Shown: piece after piece, positions 25,905 through 35,380 of the stretch | Layout: every line of letters begins with the position of its first letter | Numbering within the stretch: position 1 is the first letter of the stretch | Assembly (NCBI GenBank): GCA_030741355.1 | Contig: JASLVM010000001.1 | Coordinates: 10,874 to 74,873 of the forward strand | Origin: Poseidonia sp. | GTDB taxonomy: Archaea > Thermoplasmatota > Poseidoniia > Poseidoniales > Poseidoniaceae | Direction of reading: 5' to 3' | DNA: 64,000 nt | Program-made: the position numbers and the translations under genes | Notes under the pieces: generated by a model | Databases searched by the model: none | Told to the model about the DNA's origin: nothing | Seen by the model: the letters and a program-made list of their open reading frames with translations, nothing else

Positions 25905-28900
25905 ATGGCTGCACCAAGGAGAAGAACCGCACCCGTACGACCCAAAGCAACCCCCACAGGAACCCCTGTACTCGCAGGAGGCGTCGTGGAAGGCATCGAG
26001 ACCCCGCAAGAAAGCATCACAATGATTCGCCCGAACCAAAACATGAACAGGGACGACCTGATGTTGATGAAACTCTCTCAAATTGTCATGATGGGCATTG
26101 GGTTCCTCTCCATCTGGGGTGGCGTGTTCAGCGTTGCTTTTGATGAAGATGCGACCAATCAGAATTTCCTGGTTCTCTTTGTGGGAGGTTTGGCCTCGTT
26201 TTTGGTTTCAATCGGCTTGATTGAACTTCAATCAAAAAAGAACGGCTATCGACTCAAGGACATCCAGAACTATTTCCTCGGCATCGCCTTCTTCTTCTCG
26301 ACGGTCGGTGTCCTGTGGGGAACCCGTTTCATGATGGGATACGCAACAGGAACGCTCGAACTGGACTGGTTTGGTTCACCCGCCGATTATACCGAAGTGG
26401 ACTGGTCCCCCAACGCCAACGGCATCTATGCCCAAACGGCCACATGTTTGCTCCTCACCTTCGGTCATTTCCTTCTTCTCAAGCGCTACAGCGGCGATAC
26501 GAGTTTTGGTTGGGGTGTCGCAACCTATGCACCCATGGCCGTCCTTATCGCGGGCGTGGGCCCTTGGATTCGATGGTCTGAAAACCTCGTGAGTTGGGAG
26601 CTTGGATTTGCTATCGTCATGATTTCCTTCGTCTCGATGGAAATGGCCCTTCGCTCAAACCGAGCACTCAATTTCGTTGTCGTGGCCGTCGCCGCTTGTA
26701 TCGTCCCTATCATCTACGAGATGTTGAACACCGAGGCACCTCAAGACGGCATGGGTGGCGCCCTTTCCTTGATGGTCTTCATCATCGCCATGCAGGGCTA
26801 TTACGCCTCACGACAAGATCTGCGCAAAGAAGTCATGGAACGTGCATCTGCAGTCCTGATTGGTACCGTGGTCGTGGCCATTGCCCTTGCCCGAACCGAA
26901 CCTGATTTCAACCTCATTCTGGGCCCGTTCCGTGCAAGTGACTACGCCGAACTCGCTCCGTACATCAACATCCCAGTGGCGCTTTGGGTCATGGTTCTGT
27001 TGGCCTATTTCCCTGCCGTTCTCCAACAGCGTGTTCCTTGGATGCCCGTCGGACTTGCTGTGGCCTTGGCAGCCTTACCCCCAGAGACGTCCACCGTTCC
27101 TTGGATACTCAGCATGATCATGATTCCGTACATGGTCTTCATCTCAAAGGTTGCTCGACCATGGGTCATCAACATCACCATCCTCGCATTCAGTGGTTCC
27201 TACTTGCTTTCTGATTGGATTGGACTTTCCGGAGACCTGACCGCCAAGGAGACCTTTGGAGGCACATGGCTTCACGTCGTCCTCCCGATCTTTTTGGTGG
27301 CCGTTTCTGAGGCCGGTCGACGAACTGGCAAATTACAGACCAGCACGAGTTTGGCCATGCTCGGTTCGGTCGTACTCTCCAGGGCCGTGTTGGACCCGGA
27401 ATGGTTCCTGCCTTGGCTCTTAGTAGCCTACATGGCCTTCATGAGTTACAGCGTCATGCTGCAATACCCTTCACCGAACATGAAGCAGCGAAAGGACATC
27501 ACGCTCGCTTTGGCCTTCACCTCGATAACCATTCTGTTGTTGGCTTTGATGGACAACCTCAAATTACCACCCAGTTCGGCCTTTGACAGCATTGTTGAGA
27601 TGGGGTTGCGACCCCAGTTCTTTGTCGTCAGTATCGTGTTGTACCTCTTGGCAGCAAAAGCTGCTGGCAAGGAACTTGACGCTGGTTCAATCTTTGCTTG
27701 GTTCGGCCAAGGCAACGAAGATGAATTGACGTACAACGCCCAAACCAACACATGGGAACTGATGAATCAAGATTTGAGGGATGAAGATGCCCGTATCAAA
27801 GAAGCTGAACTCACTCCGCTGGCTCGACTGAGTCTCCTCTCTTCGCTGGTGATGTTCACGTTTTCCGTCAGTGATGTCAACGTCACCACATGGGCTGAAC
27901 AGCCAGCGCTCGTATTGTTGATGGTCATCCCTGTTGGCATGTTGATTCGAGAAGTCACGGCGATGAACAGCATCAGTTCAGCAACCCGAGCCACAGCCGT
28001 CACGCTGTTGGTCCTGATCGCCGCTCCACTTTCGTTTGCCTTGGGGCCGGAAGTGTGGGGGACCAATGCAAAAATCCAAACCTCAAATATTCTGTTTGAT
28101 TTGATTCTGGTCAGTGCACCGCTCATTGTGAACGGCGTCATTTCTCGCCGGGGATTGGACAAAGGCGAATTGGACCGAATGGGCGATGGCGTGGCTTATG
28201 TCATGCTTCTCCTGTTGGGCATGCTCGACACCTCGGGCGGTCTGCTCCTGCTGCCAATCCTCCTTTTGGTGACCGTACGAGTCATTCAGTACCGATACTA
28301 CCTGCTGCTTTCCTTCATCCCCTTCGTGCTCATCTTCTTGTCAGATGGATGGTATTCCCATGGTTTGTTCAACGCTTTCATCGACACGCTCCCGGAGAGT
28401 TTCCAAACCTACCTCCTTGACCAACATGCAGGGCCGTTCCCCGCCTTCATCGGGTTGATCATCGGCACGCAAATGCTCTTTGGCTTGTCCAGGCTCTACA
28501 CCTCTGAAGATGACGAGTTGGAATCCAGTTTCACCATGCTCATCATGGCCATCTGGCTCATCGTGGCTCTGTTCAGTTGTGTTCCCGACGGCTACTGGCT
28601 ACCGACCTTGGCATGTGTTGTTTTGTTGCCCTATTTCTGGTACACCGACAACAGCCAGACGTTCCCCTACATGCTCGGAGCACTGTTTGTATCTCTCTAC
28701 ATCGGATTCTCGCTCAGTGAAACCTTCCAACCCATCACAGAAGCCGATGCCATCGGCTGGAGCGGGATGATCACCGGATTAACGGGTAGCGGCATGGGAG
28801 TCATGCACCAAAGAGGGGTTTTGTTCCGCACGCCACCAGCCACGGAAGATGAAACAAATCTCGCTGATTCAACGGCAACGCTCGCCCTTCAGCTTGGTGC

Positions 28901-29987
28901 TCTGGGATACGTTGGAGGCTATTCAGTATTCTTTGGCATTGGGCCGGTCATCGGACTCGTCCTCTTGGCCCGCTCCGCTCTCAAAGACGGACGCCCCAAC
29001 AGCATCATAGCCCTGCCCATTCTCCTCACCTTCAGCGTCGTCAACATGCTCGTTCAGGGTGAAATCGGCACCGAGGAACAGCGACAGACCATCACGGGCC
29101 TGACCCTCGCCGTCCAAGGTATCCTTCTCACATTGCTCTCTGCAAATGACGACATCGTCTACGACTATGAGGCCTTGAAATGGAGTTCGGATGAAGCCTT
29201 CTTTGCCTTCATGGACCGCTTGGGGGTGAGCGGGGCCCTCTACACCATCATTGGGTTCTTCATCACCTTTGACAGCGTCAACCTCGAGTCGGTCGCCTAT
29301 CTGCTCACCACGGTGTACCTGGTGGTCATCGGCATTCAGGGCTTCAGCGAAGAAGCCGATGCTCGTTGGCGACGCGGTGTTGGTGGCTACGGTTCAATTC
29401 TAACGGCCTTCCTGTTCGCAGAATCGCTGAACAGCGATTTGTACAACGCCATCGGTATTGTCATGACCGGCATGGTCGCCCTCGGTTTCGGATTCTTGTT
29501 CATGCAGAGAATGAATGAGGAAGATGGCATTTACGAAGCGGTCGAACACCACGTGGCCGGCCCGACGAACGAAGGACAGAGAGAACCCCCTGCCATGGTG
29601 GACTTGGATGAGGAAGAGGCGGAAGAGGAAGACGACTTGGAGTTTGAAGAATTCGAAGAACTTGAGGAAGAAGAGGAGGACCTTGAAATCGAACTCGTTG
29701 ATGAAACGGAAGCGGTCGAAGACGTTGAGGAAGCCCTCCCCGAACCCGTGGTCGCTGAAAAGGCACAAGAAAAGCCACGAGTTCAAGAAAAGCCAAAGCC
29801 TCAGAAAAAGCACAGTGGATTGTTGGATACCGGCGAAGGATTCGCTTTGCGCTTGCCCAGAGATGCGGTCGACAACATCCTTGCCTCGCTTCATTCAACC
29901 CCGCACGAGGGTTACGTTCCTGTCGTTGCGTTTGGACCAAACGGGCAGATCATGTTGACTTTTGAGAGCGATTCGTCGACCTCGTGA
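25905..29987 (+). CDS. Very large polytopic membrane protein (about 1360 aa, dozens of hydrophobic helices) with acidic C-terminal region and small terminal globular domain; family unknown
   Basis: ORF 25881..29987 opens on TTG. ATG at 25905 (alternative 26022). Hydrophobic segments run continuously to about residue 1210, then EEEAEEEDDLEFEEFEELEEEEEDLE, then a K/P/E-rich segment and about 60 terminal residues. Confidence 0.6.
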   Translation: MAAPRRRTAPVRPKATPTGTPVLAGGVVEGIETPQESITMIRPNQNMNRDDLMLMKLSQIVMMGIGFLSIWGGVFSVAFDEDATNQNFLVLFVGGLASFLVSIGLIELQSKKNGYRLKDIQNYFLGIAFFFSTVGVLWGTRFMMGYATGTLELDWFGSPADYTEVDWSPNANGIYAQTATCLLLTFGHFLLLKRYSGDTSFGWGVATYAPMAVLIAGVGPWIRWSENLVSWELGFAIVMISFVSMEMALRSNRALNFVVVAVAACIVPIIYEMLNTEAPQDGMGGALSLMVFIIAMQGYYASRQDLRKEVMERASAVLIGTVVVAIALARTEPDFNLILGPFRASDYAELAPYINIPVALWVMVLLAYFPAVLQQRVPWMPVGLAVALAALPPETSTVPWILSMIMIPYMVFISKVARPWVINITILAFSGSYLLSDWIGLSGDLTAKETFGGTWLHVVLPIFLVAVSEAGRRTGKLQTSTSLAMLGSVVLSRAVLDPEWFLPWLLVAYMAFMSYSVMLQYPSPNMKQRKDITLALAFTSITILLLALMDNLKLPPSSAFDSIVEMGLRPQFFVVSIVLYLLAAKAAGKELDAGSIFAWFGQGNEDELTYNAQTNTWELMNQDLRDEDARIKEAELTPLARLSLLSSLVMFTFSVSDVNVTTWAEQPALVLLMVIPVGMLIREVTAMNSISSATRATAVTLLVLIAAPLSFALGPEVWGTNAKIQTSNILFDLILVSAPLIVNGVISRRGLDKGELDRMGDGVAYVMLLLLGMLDTSGGLLLLPILLLVTVRVIQYRYYLLLSFIPFVLIFLSDGWYSHGLFNAFIDTLPESFQTYLLDQHAGPFPAFIGLIIGTQMLFGLSRLYTSEDDELESSFTMLIMAIWLIVALFSCVPDGYWLPTLACVVLLPYFWYTDNSQTFPYMLGALFVSLYIGFSLSETFQPITEADAIGWSGMITGLTGSGMGVMHQRGVLFRTPPATEDETNLADSTATLALQLGALGYVGGYSVFFGIGPVIGLVLLARSALKDGRPNSIIALPILLTFSVVNMLVQGEIGTEEQRQTITGLTLAVQGILLTLLSANDDIVYDYEALKWSSDEAFFAFMDRLGVSGALYTIIGFFITFDSVNLESVAYLLTTVYLVVIGIQGFSEEADARWRRGVGGYGSILTAFLFAESLNSDLYNAIGIVMTGMVALGFGFLFMQRMNEEDGIYEAVEHHVAGPTNEGQREPPAMVDLDEEEAEEEDDLEFEEFEELEEEEEDLEIELVDETEAVEDVEEALPEPVVAEKAQEKPRVQEKPKPQKKHSGLLDTGEGFALRLPRDAVDNILASLHSTPHEGYVPVVAFGPNGQIMLTFESDSSTS

Positions 29988-30039
29988 GGCCTTCATCAGT
30001 CGGCGAAGAATCAAGACCTTTCTTCGCTGCCATTGAACC

Positions 30040-30582
30040 ATGGACAAGCGAGAGCAACGGATGGTCTGGATTGACCTTGAAATGACGGGGCTGGATCTTT
30101 CAAGAGAGTCCATCATCGAGATTGCAACCGTGGTAACGGACAGTGAATTGAACATCCTCGCCACGGGCCCAAATCTGGCCATCACGGTGCCTGAATCCCT
30201 GATTGAAAGCATGGATGATTGGAACACGAGGCACCACCACGGCAGCGGCCTCGTCGAACGTATTCGCAAAGAAGGCGTCAGCGTACGTGAAGCTGAGCAG
30301 GCCACCCTTGCCTTCCTTCGTGAATGGGTGGACGAAAACAAAGCGCCTCTGTGCGGCAACAGCGTCTGGAACGACCGCCAATTCCTTGCCAAGGAAATGC
30401 CAGCATTGTTGGATTTCCTCCATTACAGAATGATCGATGTTTCAACGGTCAAGGAACTGAGCAGGCGTTGGTACACCGATGTCCCACGGTTTCCGAAACA
30501 AGGCGCTCATCTCGCCCTCGATGACATCTTGGAATCCATTGAGGAATTGAAGTATTTCCGAGAACAAGTCTTCGTTTCCTAA
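30040..30582 (+). CDS. orn: Oligoribonuclease (DEDDh 3'-5' exonuclease)
   Basis: MVWIDLEMTGLDLSRESIIEIATVVTD, CGNSVWNDRQFL and HLALDDILESIEELKYF are typical Orn motifs. 180 aa. Confidence 0.85.
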   Translation: MDKREQRMVWIDLEMTGLDLSRESIIEIATVVTDSELNILATGPNLAITVPESLIESMDDWNTRHHHGSGLVERIRKEGVSVREAEQATLAFLREWVDENKAPLCGNSVWNDRQFLAKEMPALLDFLHYRMIDVSTVKELSRRWYTDVPRFPKQGAHLALDDILESIEELKYFREQVFVS

Positions 30583-31451
30583 TCCTTCCGCCACGTCGGT
30601 TCATCGGGGTCAACCCCCTTGTGGAGGGACATGATTTGTGCCACCACTGCCACCGCGATTTCCTCGGGAGATTGGGCCCCAATGTTGAGGCCAATGGGGC
30701 AAATGACTTGGTCGAGTAACTGCTGAGGCAAGCCCTCTTCAAGGCAGGATTTCTCAAACGCTTGCCATTTGGAGCGGCTACCGATGACACCGAGCCGTGG
30801 AGCGTTCACGCCGTCCAGCACCGCATCGGGAGTGTTGAGGAGATGGAGGAGACCGAGCAAGCGTTCTTGGTCCTCTGACCAGTCATGACCCAACAGCAGA
30901 ACGTCGGAGTATCGTCCAAGCGAAGGCCCCGATTCATCCTTCAGCAAATCGGCAACCGATGCTGAAGAACGCTCAACTGCATGAGGGTATTTTTCTATAG
31001 AAACATAGGCTTCGCGGGTATCGTGGACGGAATAACGCCATCCGAGTCCGTGAAGCGTCCGGGCCAAAGCCTCGCCACAATGCCCACCGCCCATGATGTA
31101 CACGTGTGGCATGGGGATCATCACCTCAACGGCGATCGAAACCCGACCGCCGCACAACGAATCAAGCGGCGTCACCTCATAGCCCTTCGCACCCTTGTTC
31201 AATCCAAAGGTCAACACCTCTGCAAACGGTTGCTTGGCTTCAGAAAGGAGGCTACGGCATCGCTCAAGCACCTTGTGCTCCAACCCAGCACCGCCCACCG
31301 TTCCCGTCCAGGTTTCATTGAAAGAAGACATCGCTAAACGAGCGCCGGTCTTTCCCGGAACGCTTCCTGAAGTGTTCAACACCGTCGCCATGACAACCTT
31401 CCGCTGGAGGGAGAGTTCGCTCAAAACCCAATGGAGGACATGAGCGGTCAT
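30579..31451 (-). CDS. xdhC: XdhC/CoxI-family molybdenum-hydroxylase maturation factor
   Basis: N-terminal VVMATVLNTSGSVPGKTGARLAM (XdhC_CoxI) plus a Rossmann-like HVYIMGGGHCGEALA (XdhC_C). 3' end overlaps the orn 3' end by 4 nt. Confidence 0.75.
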   Translation of the reverse strand: MTAHVLHWVLSELSLQRKVVMATVLNTSGSVPGKTGARLAMSSFNETWTGTVGGAGLEHKVLERCRSLLSEAKQPFAEVLTFGLNKGAKGYEVTPLDSLCGGRVSIAVEVMIPMPHVYIMGGGHCGEALARTLHGLGWRYSVHDTREAYVSIEKYPHAVERSSASVADLLKDESGPSLGRYSDVLLLGHDWSEDQERLLGLLHLLNTPDAVLDGVNAPRLGVIGSRSKWQAFEKSCLEEGLPQQLLDQVICPIGLNIGAQSPEEIAVAVVAQIMSLHKGVDPDEPTWRKD

Positions 31452-31474
31452 GAAGGGTCCTCAACGGGACGCCC

Positions 31475-32086
31475 TCATATCCCTTCGCTTTGAGAAAAAC
31501 AAGCCGCAAGATGGGTTCCTTGTGCCATCAACCGGTCAACGTCGTCCGGAGTATCGATGTTCATGTGGAGCCAAGGAGCGTGGACGGGAACCCCCACAAA
31601 ATCCACAATGTCCCGAAGCGGTGTGTCTTGTTTTGCAGCGTTCACCGACGCCAAAGCGTCCGCCATCATCACCACGGGATGACCGTTTCGACCTTCGTTG
31701 GAGGCGGCAGCGTTGCCTCCATGGCCGAGCAGCGTTTTGACGACCTCAACGTTCCAGCAAGGCCGGTCAACCGGTACCATCACCAAGCGAAGCAGGGGGC
31801 GTTCCACGGTTTGAGAGAGGGCATGAATGCCGAGTTGAAGCGAACCCGTTCGGCCCGAATCAGGGTCGGCGTTCACGACGAGGTGGGCCGTCGGTAACCG
31901 CGCCCTCACCTCAGATTCAATGGAAGCGTTCACCACCACGACGGGGCGGCATCCTGCCTCAAGCAACCGCTCATGGGCCCATTCAATCAATGTGCGACCG
32001 TTGACAGAAACCAACGCCTTTGGACGACCGAGTCGCCGACTGAACCCCGCTGCAAGCACCACCGCAGGCACAGGGTCGCTGTCCAT
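31475..32086 (-). CDS. mocA: MobA-like NTP transferase, probable molybdenum cofactor cytidylyltransferase
   Basis: PAVVLAAGFSRRLGRPKALVSVNGRTLIEWA (NTP_transf_3). Start placed at ATG 32086 (the ORF extends to 32227). Adjacent to xdhC. Confidence 0.7.
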   Translation of the reverse strand: MDSDPVPAVVLAAGFSRRLGRPKALVSVNGRTLIEWAHERLLEAGCRPVVVVNASIESEVRARLPTAHLVVNADPDSGRTGSLQLGIHALSQTVERPLLRLVMVPVDRPCWNVEVVKTLLGHGGNAAASNEGRNGHPVVMMADALASVNAAKQDTPLRDIVDFVGVPVHAPWLHMNIDTPDDVDRLMAQGTHLAACFSQSEGI

Positions 32087-32162
32087 GACCCAAGGAGGCC
32101 CTTCCTCCCTTTGGGTTTGCGTTGGTTTGAACTTGATATACTCTTGAACGCTCAACGCCCAT

Positions 32163-32933
32163 ATGGTCAGATGGAAACCCCCCGGACACTGGTTACAGTC
32201 CAATCGAGAGGCGTACACGAAATCCATCGAATTTCTTCAAGCCATTGTGGCTGGCTCTCCCCACATGGAGTTGAAAGAAAACGTCCAATCTCTGCCCAAA
32301 ATCACCGTCCAAGGTGCCTCAAGACGTTGGTACACGATCAATGCTCGAGCGTATTACAACGAAGATTACATCGAGATAGAAGGCGATTACAGAGAGGTGA
32401 AGGAAGTGCATTGGAACATCAACATTCACGCTGCGGCATGGAAAAGCGATATCCTCCAGATGACGCCGTTCGCCGTCTCACTGTGCATCAATCCTCGGTC
32501 GGAATCGAGAGGCTTGCCGATTGGCGACCAGGTGGCTGCCCTCGCACTGGCTCTTCGGAACGACAAAACCACAGCCATGCGAATTCCTCTTCTGGCCCAA
32601 TTCATCGTTTCACCTCGAAAGGCGCTTCGGGAGGTCTACCAGTTCAGCGAAGAGGGCGTGGTCATGGAGGACGAAGTCTTCATGGAAGATTACGATGAGC
32701 ACGAAATTGAAGATTATGATGTCTTTGACGGCGTCCCAAACGATTGGCCTGGTATCGGCGTGATCCAGCCCCATGAATACGAACACCTCGCTTCGGAGAT
32801 AGAGGATCGACAGCTCGACTCGTGGATGGAGCAACAAGAAGAGCGTGCCCACCATGACAACAAAGAGCCATGGCATCACGATGATGACCGGATATGGCAG
32901 TTGGAGGATAACCTCCGGAACGGTCGTCGATGA
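32163..32933 (+). CDS. Hypothetical protein with strongly acidic, His/Trp-containing C-terminal half
   Basis: 256-aa ORF (alternative ATG at 32265). I recognise no family. C-terminus VMEDEVFMEDYDEHEIEDYDVFDG...HHDNKEPWHHDDDRIW. Confidence 0.4.
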   Translation: MVRWKPPGHWLQSNREAYTKSIEFLQAIVAGSPHMELKENVQSLPKITVQGASRRWYTINARAYYNEDYIEIEGDYREVKEVHWNINIHAAAWKSDILQMTPFAVSLCINPRSESRGLPIGDQVAALALALRNDKTTAMRIPLLAQFIVSPRKALREVYQFSEEGVVMEDEVFMEDYDEHEIEDYDVFDGVPNDWPGIGVIQPHEYEHLASEIEDRQLDSWMEQQEERAHHDNKEPWHHDDDRIWQLEDNLRNGRR

Positions 32934-34082
32934 TCAGAGTCCCTTTGTGATTTCTCGGCCGATGATCATGCGCTGGACTTGCGAGGACCCCTCGTAAATC
33001 TGCATGACCTTGGCCCCTCGCATCAACCGAGCAACGGGATATTCCTCTGAATACCCGTAGCCACCGTAGACTTGGACAGCGTCCGTGGCCACCTGCATGG
33101 CCATGTCGGCCGAGAATCGCTTGGCGTGGGCTGCAGATTCCGTGTTGCGAACACCGGCATCAAAATCTGCAGCGGATTTCCACGTCAGCATGCGAGCCGC
33201 CTCGATGTTGGTTTTCATATCGGCCAGCATGAACTGGATGGCCTGGTGTTGATGCAATGGTTTGCCAAAGGTTTGGCGTTCATTGGCGTATTGAAGCGCA
33301 TGTTCGTAAGCTGCACGAGCGAGACCTGTTGCGTGGGCTGCAATGTTGGGGCGGCTCATGTCAAACGCCTTCATGGCGTTCATCCATCCGCCGGATTCCG
33401 AGCCGCCAATCAAGTGGTCAGCAGGTACACGGACATCGTCAAAGGAAATCGAGCGGGTATCCGAACATCGTTGACCCATGTTCGTTTCCTTCTTTCCAAG
33501 GGAAAAGCCTGCGGTATCCTTCTCGACAACAAAGCCCGACATGCCACGATAACCCGCCTCAGGGTCGGTCTTGGCAAGGACGAAGAAAAAGTCGGCATGG
33601 CCGGCGCCCGTGATCCACATTTTTGAGCCGTTGATGACGTATTCATCGCCGTCTTTGATGGCGGTGGTTTTGCAAGCAGCGACGTCCGAACCAGCGCCGG
33701 GTTCGGTGACGGCATAGGAAGCGAGGGCGCCCTCTTCAGCAATTTTTCTCAACCAGTGTTCTTTCTGTTCATCGGTGGCACCGGTGATGATGGGGGCACT
33801 GGCAAGGGCAGTAGCGTAAGCTGCCGTGGCAAATCCGGGGTCGCCCCAAGCCAGTTCTTCATTGACGAGCACTTCTTCAAACGAGCCGAGTCCCGCACCT
33901 CCGTAGGCTTCTGGAATGTGAAGATTCAGTAGTCCCATCTCGTGGGCTGCTTGAATGGTTTCTTTGGGGTAGTGAGCCGTTTCATCCCAGTGTTCTGCAT
34001 TGGGTCGGATTTCGTCTTGAGCGAACTCGTGGGCGAGTTCTTTCAGCATGGCTTGCATCTCGTCAAGTTGGAAGTCCACCAT
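32934..34082 (-). CDS. Acyl-CoA dehydrogenase
   Basis: LTEPGAGSDVAA-like VTEPGAGSDVAACKTTA, GSKMWITGAG and YEGSSQVQRMIIGREI. Start at ATG 34082 (MVDFQLDEMQ...). Confidence 0.9.
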   Translation of the reverse strand: MVDFQLDEMQAMLKELAHEFAQDEIRPNAEHWDETAHYPKETIQAAHEMGLLNLHIPEAYGGAGLGSFEEVLVNEELAWGDPGFATAAYATALASAPIITGATDEQKEHWLRKIAEEGALASYAVTEPGAGSDVAACKTTAIKDGDEYVINGSKMWITGAGHADFFFVLAKTDPEAGYRGMSGFVVEKDTAGFSLGKKETNMGQRCSDTRSISFDDVRVPADHLIGGSESGGWMNAMKAFDMSRPNIAAHATGLARAAYEHALQYANERQTFGKPLHQHQAIQFMLADMKTNIEAARMLTWKSAADFDAGVRNTESAAHAKRFSADMAMQVATDAVQVYGGYGYSEEYPVARLMRGAKVMQIYEGSSQVQRMIIGREITKGL

Positions 34083-34143
34083 GCTACGGCGAAGCGCTGC
34101 TCCCTTAAGAGCGATTAGTTGGGGCCAATCGCAAGACGAACGG

Positions 34144-35280
34144 TCAAAGGACAAGATACCCTTGATGTTCGGCTGCAAGAACGCAGAGGAAAATCAAGTA
34201 AATCAGAATCAAGATGACGCCTTCCCAGCGCTTGAATTCATATTGGGAGCGCATCATCAACAACGCCACACCCGTCCCGACAAAGGTTGCTGGGATGATG
34301 ATGTAGGCGGTCAAGGCATAACTTGCATCAGTCAACGCAAGTGGGTTGACGACAGCAGCAAAACCAATCGAGAGGAGTGGGTCGGTGATGTTTGAACCAA
34401 TAAGGGTGCCAATCGCCACACCCTGACTGCGCTTAGCGGCCAAGAAGGCAATGGTCAGTTCAGGCAGTGAAGTCCCCAAGCCCGAGACCGTCGTTCCAAT
34501 CACGGCATGTGGGACGTTGAAGGCGTAAGCCATGTCACTGGCCACGTTGACGAGATGATGGGCTGCAAACAAAGCCAACAACAAGCCCGTGGTGACCATG
34601 AACGCATAGGAAGTAGTCGTGCGGTTCACTTTCCGTTCAACCTGTTCGCCTCCACTGAGTTCCTCTTCGAGAATCTCATCCCTGTGAGACAACAACCAGT
34701 AGATGTAGGCGATGTACAACGACATCAAAAAGCCGCCCTCAATGCGACTCAAGCCCTCTCCAGTAAACAAGAACAGCGTCAACAAACCGATGGAAGCGAA
34801 CATGATGAAACCGTCTCGCTTCAACCAGGACGGGCGCACCTTGACGCCACGGAAAGCCACGACAACGCCCAGAATGAGCGTGATTTGAACCAGAATCGAG
34901 CCGTAAATACCGCCGATGGCCAAATCTCCAATCGCTGGATTGGAGGGGATGTCAGCCGCCGCAGTGGAAGTCACCAAAATTTCAGGGAGGGAGGTGCCGA
35001 TGGAGACGATGGTGAGTCCGATCACCACTTCTGGCAACCCCGCCCGATAAGCCAATCCTTTGGCGCCTTCGATGAAAACATCAGCTGACTTGATGAGCAA
35101 AGCAAGGGCCATGGCAAGAAGCGCAAAGGACAGCCAGTTGTTGTTGATGGTGGAATCGGAATCCTTGAGCACGGTGTGCAAGGCTAAGATTCCCAAAAAG
35201 AGAGCCCCGTTAAGGACCAAGGTGTTGCTAAACACCAACTGAGGAATGCCGGTTTCTTTGGAAGCCGCCTCCTCACCCAT
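34144..35280 (-). CDS. Ca2+/cation antiporter (CaCA, YrbG-like Na+/Ca2+ exchanger)
   Basis: Two alpha-repeats: GLTIVSIGTSLPEILVT and GTTVSGLGTSLPELTIAFLAA. ATG at 35280 (GTG alternative at 35301). Confidence 0.8.
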   Translation of the reverse strand: MGEEAASKETGIPQLVFSNTLVLNGALFLGILALHTVLKDSDSTINNNWLSFALLAMALALLIKSADVFIEGAKGLAYRAGLPEVVIGLTIVSIGTSLPEILVTSTAAADIPSNPAIGDLAIGGIYGSILVQITLILGVVVAFRGVKVRPSWLKRDGFIMFASIGLLTLFLFTGEGLSRIEGGFLMSLYIAYIYWLLSHRDEILEEELSGGEQVERKVNRTTTSYAFMVTTGLLLALFAAHHLVNVASDMAYAFNVPHAVIGTTVSGLGTSLPELTIAFLAAKRSQGVAIGTLIGSNITDPLLSIGFAAVVNPLALTDASYALTAYIIIPATFVGTGVALLMMRSQYEFKRWEGVILILIYLIFLCVLAAEHQGYLVL

Positions 35281-35380
35281 GGACGGTGGACTGGCATCCA
35301 CTTCTTGACGGTTACCACGTTAAATTACCACTGGTGCGTTCTTGATGAAGGCTTTGAACCTCCGATGAGGAGCCATCACC

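Noticed and set aside
25748-26044. N-terminal ORF extensions upstream of good start sites: protease 25748..26044, trxB 43283..43528, ribL 52525..52737, ABC ATPase 59702..59845, acyl-CoA dehydrogenase 34083..34178 and mocA 32087..32227.
   Set aside because: The extensions overlap neighbouring genes or divergent promoters and lack homology-like sequence. The internal ATGs restore canonical N-termini (signal peptide, GxGxxG, HxGH, Walker-A context), often with an SD site or ATGA coupling.
29575-29740. GAA/GAG-rich low-complexity DNA, and the GC-rich 27-nt periodic tract at 14755..14835, considered as possible CRISPR or microsatellite repeats.
   Set aside because: Both are in-frame coding low complexity (a poly-Glu acidic run and a Pro/Ala repeat). 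They have no repeat-spacer structure and no cas genes nearby.
34111-34132. Hairpin GCGATT-10 nt-AATCGC in the 61-nt spacer between the Ca2+/cation antiporter gene and the acyl-CoA dehydrogenase gene.
   Set aside because: The stem is only 6 bp, with no adjacent T tract. It is not distinguishable from chance.
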